DNA of 64,000 nt from Gracilinanus agilis (taxonomy: Eukaryota): assembly GCF_016433145.1 (NCBI RefSeq), contig NC_058134.1, forward strand, positions 6,561,290-6,625,289. Reading direction: 5' to 3'. Shown here one piece after another: positions 11,791 through 24,828 of this stretch (its first letter is position 1; each line of letters begins with the position of its first letter). Below the pieces are notes generated by a model, which saw nothing but the letters and a program-made list of their open reading frames with translations, searched no databases and had not been told where the DNA came from. The position numbers and the translations under genes are program-made.

Positions 11791-12879
11791 CATGCGCTGA
11801 TGGAGAAACGTGGCCTGAACTCAAGGAGAAGCCTCGGCTCGGCTGGGCTCGCCTCCCTCCGGCTTCCCCTCGGAAGCATCTTCGTCCCACTCATAGCTCC
11901 AAGCCGAGCAGGGAGGCTGCTCTCGCTTCCCTCAGCTCCCCCGTGACACGTCTGCACGGAGGAAGGTGCCCCGAGAGGCATTTCCCCGCTCTGGGGGGCC
12001 TCTGCAGGGCGAGTCCAGGAGGGACCCGAGAAGCCCACCTTTTCATGGCGGCTGCGCGTGAGACAAAGAGCTTTGCCTTCCTTAAGGAACTGGCTCCACC
12101 GTCCTTCCGTACTTGTCTTGCTTTTTGCTCATTTTCGGTTTTCAGCAGCAAATGGCGGCACCATGAGCAAACAGGGCAAACCCAGAGATCTAGGTATGTC
12201 CGCAAAGAGGAGATTAGGGGTGTGCGTGTGTGTGCGTGTGTGTGCATGTGTGTGCGTGTGAGGCTCCCCAAGAATCGGGACACTCTTTTTGCTTCTCTTT
12301 CCCTCTTGAGCGTACTATGAAGAGGCAGCACCAAGCCCCACATTCTGGGCAGGATCCTGCCGGTCTGACGTGGGCCCCCGGGGCCAGCCCGCACATTTCA
12401 GGCCAGACAAGAGCCTGAGCTCCAAGCTGGGGTGCAGCAAGGCCATGGCGACGCCGAGCTTCCAAGCCAGGCAGGAGCGCTTCCTGTGCGCTGCCCCGTC
12501 TCTCCTCGGCAGGAGGCTGGACCCAGGGAGCTAAGAGGAAGGGAGCTCCCAAGCCTGTCTCTGACACCGTCTATGGGCCCTGCACGAGCCCCCCTCCCCC
12601 TCTGGCCCCCCGTTTACTCCTCTCTCAGGGATTCCAACTCCTGTCGTCCCCCTCGGAGGAGGCCATCCGGGCTGAGGGCTTCGCAAAAGTGTGCCGTGAA
12701 CATTCTTGGGATGACAGTTTGCCCTGTTTGAGTCGGGCAGGAGAAGCCCCAGAGTCGTCCCGTACCCTGAATCATCCTGGACTCCCCTCAGCGGCTCGCA
12801 GGCCCTCCTTTTTCCAGAGGCAGGCAGAATGGCGGCAGCCCGAGTCAGGGTGAGGGCCGGCGGACAGCCGCTCCCCCCA

Positions 12880-13150
12880 ATTTAAAAGGAGGCTAAAGGA
12901 AATCTTTTAAGTTTCTCATTAGAGACGGTTCCCTCCGCCGGGCGATGATTGCGTGCGGGGGCCTTATTTAAGCGCCTTATTACTTTGATTGCATAACTCC
13001 TAAATATGTTTTCAGCTAAGGTAATTGTGTAATTTGCATCTTGAAAGGGCAGCCCTGAGAAAGCAGAGGATTGTCTCCAAAGCAATTTCTAATGACGAAT
13101 AATTAATAATAATAATAAAGCACCCAACTCGAATCAGGATTCTCCATGAT
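12880..13150. promoter_or_regulatory. Candidate enhancer (AT-rich island in GC-rich flanks)
   Basis: Perfect octamer ATTTGCAT at 13032-13039, ATTGT at 13024-13028, several TAAT cores, no recognisable repeat. Confidence 0.45.
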
Positions 13151-14099
13151 TAACCCTGTCCGGCCGCGTGTCGGCCCTCCTGCTCGGCCCGCCGCCCCCG
13201 CCGCTCCCCAAGGCCCGGATCGCTTCCCCCGCAGGGATGTGACCTCTCTAAAATGGCCCACGGAGGAGACGACTCTACGGCGCCTCATCCCTGGCCTCTG
13301 AGCAATGGAAAGGCACCAAGCGGAAAATGGGAGCAAACGCCGGCCCCTCGCAGGCATCCTGGGGGCAGCAGTCATTCAGAGACCAGCGTTAGAGGACAGA
13401 GGAGAAAAAAACCTAAAACCAAGGGAAAAAGATGGTGGGAGAACAAATAATTGGCCGTATCTGCCTGCGCAGCCTGCCGAGCAGGAGTCCTCAGGAGCCC
13501 AAAGCCAATGGGTCTGACAGATGTCCGGCTGACCCAGAGATCGACTCCCAGAATACTTCTCTATAGAAGGACAGGCCTGCCTGGGGCCTGAGCCCACCTG
13601 TTGGAGTGAGCAAACCTTCATTTATTTTTTCTTTCAACTTTGGAGCAAGTAGAAGAATACGTGTAAGAGCTTTGGAAGCCTCCAACTGCTCTATCAGTGT
13701 TGGCTCTTCTTACTGTCTCTTCTGGGCTGGAAATGATGGCAGGCCTTGGAGAGCCCAAGAAAAGGGGGAGCAGCCCATGCCCTGGGGGGCCGACCTTCCG
13801 CTTAGGGGACGGGATGCCTGCCCAGACCCGGAGACACACAGGCAATACCAGCTGGGAGGGGTGGAGGGGAGGCCGCTAAAGCCTGGGGCTGGTCTTGAGG
13901 GTTTAGGCAACAACCTTGTTCCTGGCTGATGAGAAAACTAAGGCTGAGACAAAGTTGTCTGTGCCGCTGAAAAGGGATCAAGAGCAGGACCAGATTTCAG
14001 ACTCTACTACCAAGTGGCAACCATCAAAAGGCTCTGGTTCTGGCTAAGAAAGAGAGGAGAAGAAGAGATTAGGCCTACAACACCCAGCAGAAAATGGCC

Positions 14100-15389
14100 C
14101 TAGATGAGCACAAAGATCCATGCTTGGGAGGCAAGAAGTCCTTACTTGGCAAACACTGCTGGGAAGAGTGGAAAGCAGGAACTAGGCATAAATCAGCATC
14201 TCACACCCTATGCCAAGATAAGGTCAAGATTAGATGTAAAAGGTGTTCTCATAAGTCAATTGGGAGATCTTGGAATAGTTTACCTAGCTAGATAAGGGGA
14301 GAATTTATGACCAAACAAAATGAAGAAGATCACAGAAAGTCAAATAGATAATTTTGATTACGTGAAATTTAAAAAAAAAAAAAAGCTTTCTACAAATGAA
14401 ACTATGCAGCCAAAATTAGAAGGAAAGGACCAAAGTAGGAAAAAAATGCATAATTTTTTGATAAGGGACTCATTTCTTAAATATATAGGAAATTGAGCTG
14501 ATATTAAAAAATTAAGAGCCATTCCCCAATTGATAAATGGTGAGAGGATATGAATAGGTAGTTTTCAGAAGAAGATATAAAGCCTACAAATAATTACATT
14601 TAAAAAAAACCCTCTATATCACTAATGATGAGAAATGCAAATGAAAACAATTCTGAGTCACCAACTCACATCATCCAGTTGGCTAACATGGCAGAAAATA
14701 AAAATGACAAATGCCAGAAGGGATGTGGAAGAATTGGTACACTAAGGCACTGTTGGTGGAGTTGTGAACTAGTTCAATCATTCTGTCAAACATTATATCA
14801 AAAGGCCCCTAAAACTGTGCATATCCTTTGACCCAGAAATACCCCCACTGGGTCTGAATCTACAGATACAAAAATAGTGATAGCAGCTCTTTTTGTGGTA
14901 GCAAAAAATTGGAAATTGAGGGACTGTTCAGTTGGGGAACGGCTGAGAAACAAGCTGTGTAAGTGATGGTAATAGAATACTATTATGCTGGAAGAAATAA
15001 TGAAGGGAACCATTTCAAGAAAACCTCTAACTTATATGAACTGATGCAAAGTGAAGTGAGCAGAACCAGAACACTGTACAGAGTAACAGCAGTAATGCCA
15101 TGGTGATCAACTATGACATACTTTACTCTGATCAATACAATGCACCCATGATATAGAATGTTAGCCACCTCCAGAGAGAGAACCGAGGAATTTTAAGTAC
15201 AATTGAAGTACCTCTGATTTATTTTTTTCACTCATTCTTTTGCAACATGGCTAATACGGAAAGTATATTTTGCATTACTTCATATAATTCATATTTTCCC
15301 CCTTCTCAGTGAGGAAGGGCAGGAAGAAAAAAACCAGAAATCAAAACATTTTAAAGGAAAATTAAAAATTAATTAAAATTTTAAAAAAG
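14100..15389 (+). mobile_element. 5'-truncated L1 (ORF2 C-terminal region, 3' UTR, A-rich tail)
   Basis: catctcacaccctatgccaagataagg, gataattttgattacgtgaaattt, cattccccaattgataaatgg and gaactgatgcaaagtgaagtgagcagaacc match L1. aatggcc on both flanks is a degenerate TSD. Confidence 0.92.
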
Positions 15390-15615
15390 AAGAATGGCCA
15401 TTTGCCATTCTACCTCTAATGGATAAGATGAAGGCAAGAGGGCCTGAAATGCCCGCCTGCCCTGGGATCAGAGTGTATGTAAGCCGAGCTGCTTAGCAAC
15501 TTGGAATGGAGTTGAATCGGGTCCCCAAAAAGCTGAGCTCTTCTCCTTTTTAACATTCTCAGGACAAAAGGCAGGCAGAGAAGGTCTTGTTCTTAGCAAA
15601 TAGGACCCCATTGTG

Positions 15616-15618
<3 letters not shown>

Positions 15619-15648
<30 letters not shown>
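15619..15648. repeat. (TG)15 microsatellite
   Basis: Pure TG run. Confidence 0.97.
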
Positions 15649-15650
<2 letters not shown>

Positions 15651-18509
15651 TTTGTTTAGGGGGAAAGAAAGGGAAAAGGAAATGAGTTCAATGCCCCTTG
15701 TCAGGCTCTGGATTCATATTTGTCACAGATAATGTCACTTTGCTGCTCGCCTTCTCTCTCCCCAAAGGCAAACATAATGATCTGGACAAAACCAGAAAGA
15801 CGGGCGCTGCGCATCCGGCTTCCTGGAGACACCAAGCTTGTGCCGTGGCTGATATTTCAGTGAATTCTCCTTCTAAGTGGCCATGAATTATCGATGGCTG
15901 CATGGCTTGGTGCATGCTTTTGTCACAAATTAGAGCCAGGTCACCAGGAAGGAAGGGGAGGCCCCTCTAGCCGGCCTGTGCAAGTGCTGGCAGCCAGTGG
16001 TGGGTTGGGGCTGCTGAGATCTCCCTGCAAGAAACAGATAATTAAGTACCACCTAATTGCCTTGCTTTTCTATGCTTCTTTGAAAGGTTAGAGCTTACAC
16101 ATTTTAAAGTCCAGGTAATAAGAAAAGAGACATATTGACCTGAATAAACTCTCTAACCTTTACCATTCTCCAAGTTCTTGTGCTTTTCTTAACTTTCACT
16201 CCTACAATAATAGGGCCAGCCCTTGCAGCCGAGGCTTTGTGAAGTCCAAACTCGTTCTTAAAATGACTTTGCCCATTTCTTGTGAATACCTTAGCTGACA
16301 TTTGTATCATACGTTGAGTATCCCACTTAAGCCTCTCGACAGCCCAGGGAGGTGGGCAGGACAGGTGTTACTGCCCCTGCCTTATGGACGGTAACATTGA
16401 GGCTCCCGATGGCTAAATGATTTGTTCCGATTCAATAACACGGACGAGTATTAGTCAGAAATGGGCTGGGATTGTCCTCCTGAGGATGAGCCTCTGGTGC
16501 AAAATGGGCAACAGGCAAAGGGTCTCTGTGGGGAGGAAAGAGGACACGGGGCAAGGAGTGCGGCTCAGCCTGGATTTCTCCAGGGCCCATCGTCCATTCC
16601 TGGCCATCTGCTGCTGATTCCGGGGGCCTGAAGATCTCACTGAGCCTGGAGGAAGGCCGAGGCAGCCCCTCCTCTCCCCCGTAAGAGCCTGACAGGTCTG
16701 TAATCATCGGGGAGGACCAGATAAAAGTAGACACACATTTTACTCCATGCAGGGACGCTCCAGCCGGACACTCGTGGTGGTGCCCAGAGGCCGGCCCAAA
16801 AGGTACCTTTGTCTTCCATTCTCCATATTCACAAGGACGTTTCAGCGGCAAATGGTGCAATTCTGTGGAGTGGCCTCAGCGCCCGCCTTTGACCTCTTCG
16901 TTCTCTGACTCTTCTGTATATAAAGGGCTATATAGTATTACATGCTATAAATATTAAAATTGGGTGCTCATAAAACTGAAAATCAGAAATGTCCCCTAGT
17001 TGTGGATCAAGAAGAGCCGAGTTCAAGTCCTGCCTCTGACATATGCTAGCTGCGTGTATTTGTTTGGGCAGAATCAGGAACTAATCAATAATGAGGTCAC
17101 AGTTGGTAGGACCAAGGCAGCTGCCCTAAAGAAACGCGGCCCAACGAATCATCGTGTTGCCCAAACTGCCGCGTGAGGTGGTCATTAGAAGGGAAGGAGG
17201 AGGCCAGGGGGACGCAGAGGCCGCGATTCCCAGAGGAGGCCCGTTTGGATGGGGATTCCACAGGCAGGCCAGGCCGTGATTCTTGTGAGCCCCGTAAAGG
17301 AAACGTTGAGAACAGGGAGACGAAGTCTGCTCTGCTTCGTGAGCCTGCTGGGCTCCTTTCAGCCCTTTTCCCCAAGAGCCGTCCCACTTCGGGGCTTTTC
17401 TGGACGCTCCGCCAGGCGTTCCGTCCCCAGGAAGCTGGTCATCAGGGGAGCACATCGTGCTGGGCTCGGGCCTCCCTCTCCGTCCTCTCTCTGGGATATG
17501 GAAGTTGGATCTTGCTCGCCAGGAAGGCAGATTTGGGGAATTAACTAAAGTCACTCTGTTGTCCCTTACAAAGCTGAGCTCTGGGCCAAGGCCTCGGGCT
17601 TTCTCCAGTGACTTCCGACCCAACACAGCGAGATGTTGGTCTGCTGAAGTGAAAGCTTCTGGCTCCCAAGACGATGGGCGTCCGGCCATCCTCCTGCCTC
17701 TAGAGAGCCTTGTACGAGCTGAGCTGGGCTGCCTGCGGAGGGACCCCATCCTGAGCTCAATCTAGATTGCAGCACGTGAAACCCAGGAGGTTATCTTAAT
17801 GTTCTTTGGGCGCCGCAGGTAGGGAGCTCCCCCTCTCCCTCTGGGGTGTTTCAATGACGCTTTGAGCTCCTATCAAAGTGGCACTGCATTGGGGCTGGGG
17901 GTCAATCATGCCATGAGGTAAAGAACAAGTGCTCTGCTGATTTTAGAGGGGGGAATAAAGGACCAGCAAGGCTAAACAAGTTTCTCAATCACACAGAATT
18001 CAGATGCCAGAGTCAGGATTCGAACCCAAGTTTCTCCTGGTTTTCTCCCCTGATAGTACACCATCGTCCCTCTTACACAAAAGACCAGAGACTCGGGATA
18101 TGATCCACTGAATCTACCTGATTCAACATCCTGGAAAAGTCATGAGACTGTTTGCCTGGTCTTTGGTCCTTCCTCCCCTCCATTTCTAACTTGACTCATA
18201 ATCCCTTCAGCTGTCTTCTCGGAGGGTTTACCAACAACTTTAAACACATCTCACTTCACTTTAGTCTTAAGTCTTGCAATTCCTGGCTCGCATCCATAAA
18301 AAAAGATATTATATGCACTCGAGGAGCTCCGTTCTTCCTGCATTCAAAAAATGTGTCTCCTGTGCTCTGTTCAGGAAGGCATGGAATCCTGCAGAATGTT
18401 CCCACTTTCCAAGAACACAGACCTGCAGAGCTTAAAGGAACTCGGAGTGTCCTGGTCCCATGTGGACCGGAACAAGCCACGGCCCCACTCGCCTTCCCCG
18501 AGACCACTT

Positions 18510-19320
18510 GGATATTTTTCACTGTAAGGCGCTCACTACCTCATGCCACGCTCCACTCCTATTGGCAACAACTCTGATGGTTAGGAAGGATCACGGATCT
18601 CCTCCCCACCATCCATCTGGCCCCCTTGGACTGAGACCTGGTTTCTGCACCTTTCTCCCAGGCCTAGCTCGAGTTCTGTCCTCTGGGGTCAAGCCGAACC
18701 TGGGTAGTCTTTTTTCTTAGAGTCTTTCCAACCCTTGAAGGCAAACACAATGTCCTTCTTCTCTTCTCCAAGGATCAACATCCCCTTTTGTTCAACCAAA
18801 CTCCACATGGCATGGCCACAAGGTTTTTTTCACCACCTTAGCCATTCTTTGGACAACCTCCAATTTTCCTACATCCTCCCTTCAGTGCTGGCTCAGGAAC
18901 TTAAAAAAAAAAAGGGTCCTTGCAATGTGGCTTCACCAGGGCAGAGGGAGAAGGACCATCATAGCTTTAGCCCCTCGTTCTTTTTATGGCACTTGTTTAT
19001 TTTGCTACAAATTTGGACTTTTTGTTTTTATTCAGTTGTTTCAGACATGTCTGACTCTTTGTGACCCCATTTGGGTTTTCTTGGCCAAGAAAGCCATTTC
19101 TTTCTCCAGTTCATTTTATAGAGGATGAACTGAGACAAATGGGGTGAGTGACTTGCCCAGGATGGCACAGCTAGTAAGTCTCTTGGGCCGGATTTGAGCT
19201 CAGGGAGGTAAGTCTTTCTGAGTCCAGGACTGACATGCACATCCTAGAAGCTTTGAGCTTCTATTAAATCTCTGGCCCACTAAAACCCCCAGATCTTCAC
19301 ATACTAGAACACACTGATAG
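18510..19320 (-). mobile_element. CR1/L3 3' fragment, interrupted by a MAR1 SINE
   Basis: ctcactacctc...gatggttaggaag, ccttcttctcttctccaaggatcaacatcccc and cccactaaaacccccagatcttcaca resemble L3 in reverse. Confidence 0.7.
19022..19232 (-). mobile_element. MAR1-like marsupial SINE
   Basis: cagttgtttcagacatgtctgactctttgtgaccccatttgggttttcttggc... is the MAR1 tail in reverse. Confidence 0.88.
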
Positions 19321-22300
19321 TGGGATGAGGGTTTCTCTTGAGTCACATAGCTTCATTTGATGGGATTAGTCCCTCTGGAATAGGGCAGTCCTTGCAGCTC
19401 CACCATCAGCTTTGGGATTAGTAATAGATCCTGACTTAATCCTCCATGACACCATGATTTTGTAACCATTGCTCCTCTCCTGCAAAGATTTTCCCAATAC
19501 TTGTTCCTTTAAACCCCTTTTCCCAGGCATGAAGGGCCCCAGTGCTGCCATCTTTGAATTCTGCTCCCCGTATCATGCCCTGCCTTGCCTTTGAAGTTTA
19601 GGAGTGGCCGGGTAAGAGGAAAAGTGGGGACCGCCAACAGCAGGCTCCCTGGCCTTTGAGCTCTCTCTGGGTTGGGAGAAGCAGCCACTTAGCAAATATG
19701 CATTCACCCCCCGGCTTGTCTTACAGAGCCAAGTGTTTGCACATCCTCCAAGTCTCTGTAGAGGGATCCTGGATCTGCTGGGCCTTTCATCTTGGGTCAA
19801 GCACGCCATCGAGTTACAGGCCAAAGCCGGAATTCCTTTCATGGGGAACCTCCTCCTTCTTTGCTTCTCATTCATCCAAACCATCATCTAAGCAAGAAAA
19901 GGAGGCCCCGTGAAGAGCAGGCCCAAGCTAGCAATAGTGACCCAGCCGAAGTTCTTACTAAGCAGGGATTCAAATCCTGATCATGACAAACAAACAAACA
20001 AAAAAAAGGAAAATCAGCTTATGGTGGTCAGTTCCAGGTTCCAAGGAACGGCTGGGAGACGGCTTGAGTTTGACCTCTTCTGCCAGTGCTTCCTCTAACA
20101 GGACGAATTGTCTAGAATATTGAGTCATTCTCCACGGAACCTTTGGGCCTCCATGAGGGAGAGAGGACAGAAGGGGGCTCCCATAGTGAAAGGCATGACT
20201 TGGACTTCACTAAGGCCAGCTCTTATCACAAAGCTGGCTGAAGAGTTAGAGGGAGAGTTCACCGAGCGCTTCCCTAAAAGTGATCCTGTGAGGGCGGAAG
20301 CGGAGGCAGAACGAAGCCCATTTTCCTCACACGGCGATCCTGGGCCCTCCCGGCAGGGAGAAGGCGTAGAGCCGGAGCCCTAAGCTACGTGTTCCAATGG
20401 CCAGGCTCGTGCTGATTCCACGCTCATCCCACCCTGTCCTGCTCCCAGGTGACCCGGCCCGCTCCGAAAAGCCATAAGAGCTACGTGCTTCCAGGAATGC
20501 ACACCACGAGCCCTTCTCTGGCTGGCTCTGGGGGTCCCCAGAAGCTCCCTGAATAACTGGCTGAGTGTAGAGCAGTTCCTGAGAATGAGACTGTCCATGA
20601 AATGGCCCCCAGGGTGGGCCAGCTTCCAACAGAAACCAATGCCAAGAGCCTGTGAGTACCCCATTTTTTGAACGCATGTGGCCATCTAAGATATGGAAAA
20701 TAAATGTTTAGTTGTCCCAACTAGGCAGAGATCTTTCTGGAACCTCAAGCAGCAACTTGAAAACCTCACAACAAAGCAACTCCCTCAAGAGTTCCATAAA
20801 CCAAGTCCTAAGAGTGTGGCTGCAGAGCCTCCCGGATTCACTCATTTTACTTTTTTTAGCAAAAAGAAAGTCATACTTTGGGCAAAGCGTGAGAGCCGTC
20901 CCCAAAGGGCATCCAGAGCAGCCCCGCGTCATAAATCGCTCTGTGCTACAGGACATTGCAGTGTATTGAGGGAGTGAAGGCAAATATAAATCAATAGGTC
21001 CTAAGTGATCTATGACTGGCTACGAAAGGCATCCGCAGAAGAGAAAACCCAGGCACGAGGGTGGCGTCGTGGAAGGCGTTCATGATCCGCAGTCAGAGGA
21101 CCAGAGCGGGATCCGGAGCGAACGCTTGGCTCGTCTGGCCTTGGGGGCCCCTGAGCTCCCTCTGGGCATCTCTCTGGTCATCGATAAGATGAGAGACTTT
21201 GGCTAAGTAGGTGTTGATGTCCTATTTAGCTCTAAAGCTGTGATCCAGGATCCCTTTCCACAAGCACAATCAGTCTTTAGGAAAGAGAAAGTATTAGCTG
21301 TCGATAAAAGGATTGGGGAAATGGCCCGAACAAGGCAAGCCAAATACTCAGGGCCTGGAAAAGTGGGGCGAAAGCTTGGGAAAGCCGTTGGGCGTTAGAC
21401 TATGTCCTCAGCTTTGAAGTCCTCCCAAAGGGTGATGTTTGGGCGGAGTCAAGATGGCTCCCTCCAGTTCACCTCCAAAAACATTAAAATTAAAGGGGAA
21501 ACAGAGCTGCTGAACCAACAACAGAACAAAGTGAAACCATTTTCTCTTCAAGGACAGCTTAGAGAGTCATCGGGCCGGGGTTGTGTCCCTGGGGTGAGAG
21601 TGGAGGGAACTGCAATGCAGCCATCAGGTCTTGGGAGGGTCCTCGATCAGCGGCATTCGATTCCAGAGCTCCCTGCTCACAGGTGGGAAGGAGGTCCGAA
21701 AATTGGCCAGAAGGAGATGACGTGGGACCTTGTGCTGCCTGCACCGGCCATATGTGGTAACAGGTTATAGTTCCGAGCTGAGAAGGGGAAACTCTCAGGG
21801 CTGGGCCTGGTGACCTTTTCACTGTGGAAAAGAGCACGTGTGGTGGTCCCTGACAGACCGGAGCACAGTCCAGGAGAGCAGAGCCACAACTCTCCTTAGA
21901 GCACAACCCTTTGAAGAACAGAGAGCATAGTAGAGCCCCAGAGCCAGCTCTGAAAAGAGCAGCACAAAAGAAAAAAATGAATAAAACTTGCAACGGTTCC
22001 CCCTCCACCCTGGGAACAAGCCCAACTCTAACATAAAGTTAAAAGTTAAAAGTTAAAAGATAAGCTAGATGTTTTCTAATTTAGCAAATGATAACAACAA
22101 CAACAAAAGGAACCTGAACATATGAAGTTATTATGGTCATGGGGAAGATTTAAAGCTCAGAAAAAAATGAAATCAAAATAGCTACATTCAAAGCCTCAAA
22201 AAAAAAAAAAAAAGTATGAATTGCTCTCGGGCCCTGGAATAAATGAGAGTGAGTCATGAAAATTATGAAAAAAAAAAAGTCAACAACTTAGTAGAGTAGG

Positions 22301-22752
22301 AACATGAAAATACTAAAGAAAATAATATCCTAAAAGCAAAATAGGCTAAATTGGAAAAAAAGTTATAAAAATCCCCTGAAAAGAACTTCATTAAAAGCAG
22401 AATTAGCCACATAGAAAAGGTCATACAAAAGATCAATGAAGAAAATAAATCATTAAAAATTAGAATTGGGCAAGAAGAAGCTAAAAACCCCAGGAGGCTT
22501 CAAGAAACAATGATGATATTTTAAAAATTAAACATAGAAAAAAATATAGTAGAAAACATAGAAGTATTTCATTCGGAAAATTACCTGGATTATGTTTCAA
22601 GTAGAAATTAATTAAAAACTATTGGACCACATGAAAGCCATGCTTTAAAAAAGAGCCTAGACATCACCTTTCAAGAAATTGTCAAGAAAACCCGCCCTGA
22701 TATCCTAGATTAGAGTAAAATAGAAATTGAACAAATACACCAATCGTATCCT

Positions 22753-22951
22753 TTTTTTTTTTTAATTTTTTTTTTAAACCCTTAACTTCTGTGTATTGGC
22801 TCCTTGGTGGAAGAGTGGTAAGGGTGGGCCATGGGGGTCAAGTGACTTGCCCAGGGTCACCCAGCTGGGAAGTGTCTGAGGCCGAATTTGAACCTAGGAC
22901 CTCCCGTCTCTAGGTCTGACTCTCCATCCACTGAGCTACCCAGCTGCCCCC
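22753..22951 (-). mobile_element. Young short-tail SINE inserted in L1 ORF1
   Basis: 14-bp TSD accaatcgtatcct at 22739-22752 and 22953-22966. Confidence 0.97.
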
Positions 22952-24663
22952 TACCAATCGTATCCTGAAAGAGATTGCAGAATAGAAAACTCATAGGAAT
23001 ATCATAGCCAAGTTCTAGAGCTCCTAAGTTAAGGAGGAAATATATATAAGCAATGAGAAAGAAATAATTCAGATATCATAGAGACATAGTAAAGATAACA
23101 GACAATTTAACAACTTCTACATTAAAGAATCAAAAGGCTTGGAATAGGATATTCCAGAGGGTAAAGCAAATAGGACTATAACAAAGAAATACCACCCCAG
23201 CAAAACTGATGTAATCTTTTGGGAGAAAAATTGATATTTGATGAAACAGAACTTTCAACCATTCCTAACAATGAGAACAGAGTTGAATTTTTAAAAAAAT
23301 GACTTAGAAATACAACATTTAAGAGAAGCATAGAAAAGATAAGAAAGAGAAATCATAAAGGACCCGATATTATTAAACTTTTTAAATTCCTATTTGGGGA
23401 GATGATACTTATAATTCCTAAGAACTTTGTCATTATGAAGGCAGTTAGACAAAGTATATATAGGCAGCATGAGTTGACTATGATGGAATGATATCCAAAA
23501 ATAGAATTAAGAGATGAGAGTGATGCATGGTAGAGAGGGGAATGGAGAAGTAAGATAGAGTAAATTATTTCACATAAGAGACACACAAAAAATTTTTACA
23601 GTGGTGAGGAAAATGAGTTTGGGTGGGTAGCATTTGATCCTTACTATCATCAGAAATGGCTAAAAGAGGAAATAACATTCACATTCATTGGGGTACAGAA
23701 ATTGATCTTACTCTAAAGGGGAAAAAGAAGCAAAGGGATATAAGAGAGGGGGTCTCTGATATAAGAGATGGCAGTGGTAGAGGCAGTAGTCAGAAACAAA
23801 ACATTTTTGAGGAGGTTTAGAATAAAAGGAGAGAGGAGATGGATAAACAAGAGGAAAAGCAGACTGGAGAGAATATGCAGTTAGTAATCATAACTGTGAA
23901 TGTGAATGGGGTGAACCCACTCATAAAAGAGAAATGGAGAGCAGGGTAGATAAAAACCAGAATCATACAATATGTTGTTTATAAGAAGCACACTTGAAAC
24001 TGAGAGATACAAAGTAAAAACAAAGAGTTGGAAAAGAATCTGTTATGCTTCAACTGAAATTTAAAAAGAAAAAAGGAGAAGCAATCATCTGAGACAAAGC
24101 AAAAGGAAAAAAAATCAATCTAATTGAACAAGATAAGCAGGGAAACTACATTTTGTTAAAAGTTAGCTTAGATAATGAAGTAATATTAATAGTAAATGAA
24201 TCTGTACCAAGTGGTAGAGAATCAAAATTCTTAAAGGAAATGTTAAATGAGTTGTAGGAGGAAATAAAGAGTAAAACTACACTTTGGAGAATTTTACCTT
24301 TCTCCTTGCAGAACTTGATAAACCTAACCAAAAATAAACAAAAAAGAAGGTAAGGAGATCAATAGAATTGTATAAACATTAGGATTAGTAGATCTCTGGA
24401 AAAAAAATAAACTGAATGATAACTGAAAGAAACATGCCCTTTTTTTCATGGTATACATCACCTACACAAAAGCTGATCACGTATTAGGGCATACAATTTC
24501 ACTATCAAATGTAGAAAAGCAGAAAGAGACAATCTACCAAAATTTAGAGGAAGCAGCCAAAAGAGTACTTTATGGAAAATTTACATCTCTAAATTCTTTC
24601 CTCAATAAAATAAAGAATAGAACAATGAATTGGGCCTGTGACTTTTTTTAAAAATGACTAGAA

Positions 24664-24828
24664 GGGGCAGCTGGGTAGTTCAGTGGATTGAGAGTCAAGC
24701 CTAGAGACAGGAGGTTCTAGGTTCAAATCCAGTCTCAGACACTTCCCAGTTGTGTGACCCTGGGCAAGTCACTTGACCCCCATTGCCCACCCTTACCAAA
24801 GCCAATACACAGAAGTTAAGGGTTTAAA
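24664..24828 (+). mobile_element. Young short-tail SINE inserted in L1 ORF2, with an extra internal 3' deletion
   Basis: TSD aaaaatgactagaa (24650-24663) and aaaaatcactagaa (24829-24842), one mismatch. Confidence 0.96.

Noticed and set aside
10892-12394. Overlapping 130-220-aa ORFs here, and similar ones at 17126-17749 and 62688-63329
   Set aside because: GC-rich sequence depleted of stop codons gives Pro/Arg/Gly/Ser-rich ORFs on both strands, partly over L2 remnants, with no recognisable domain.
16875-16930. GC box plus TATATAAAGGG as a core promoter
   Set aside because: Short motifs alone, followed by AT-rich low-complexity sequence, are expected by chance in 64 kb.
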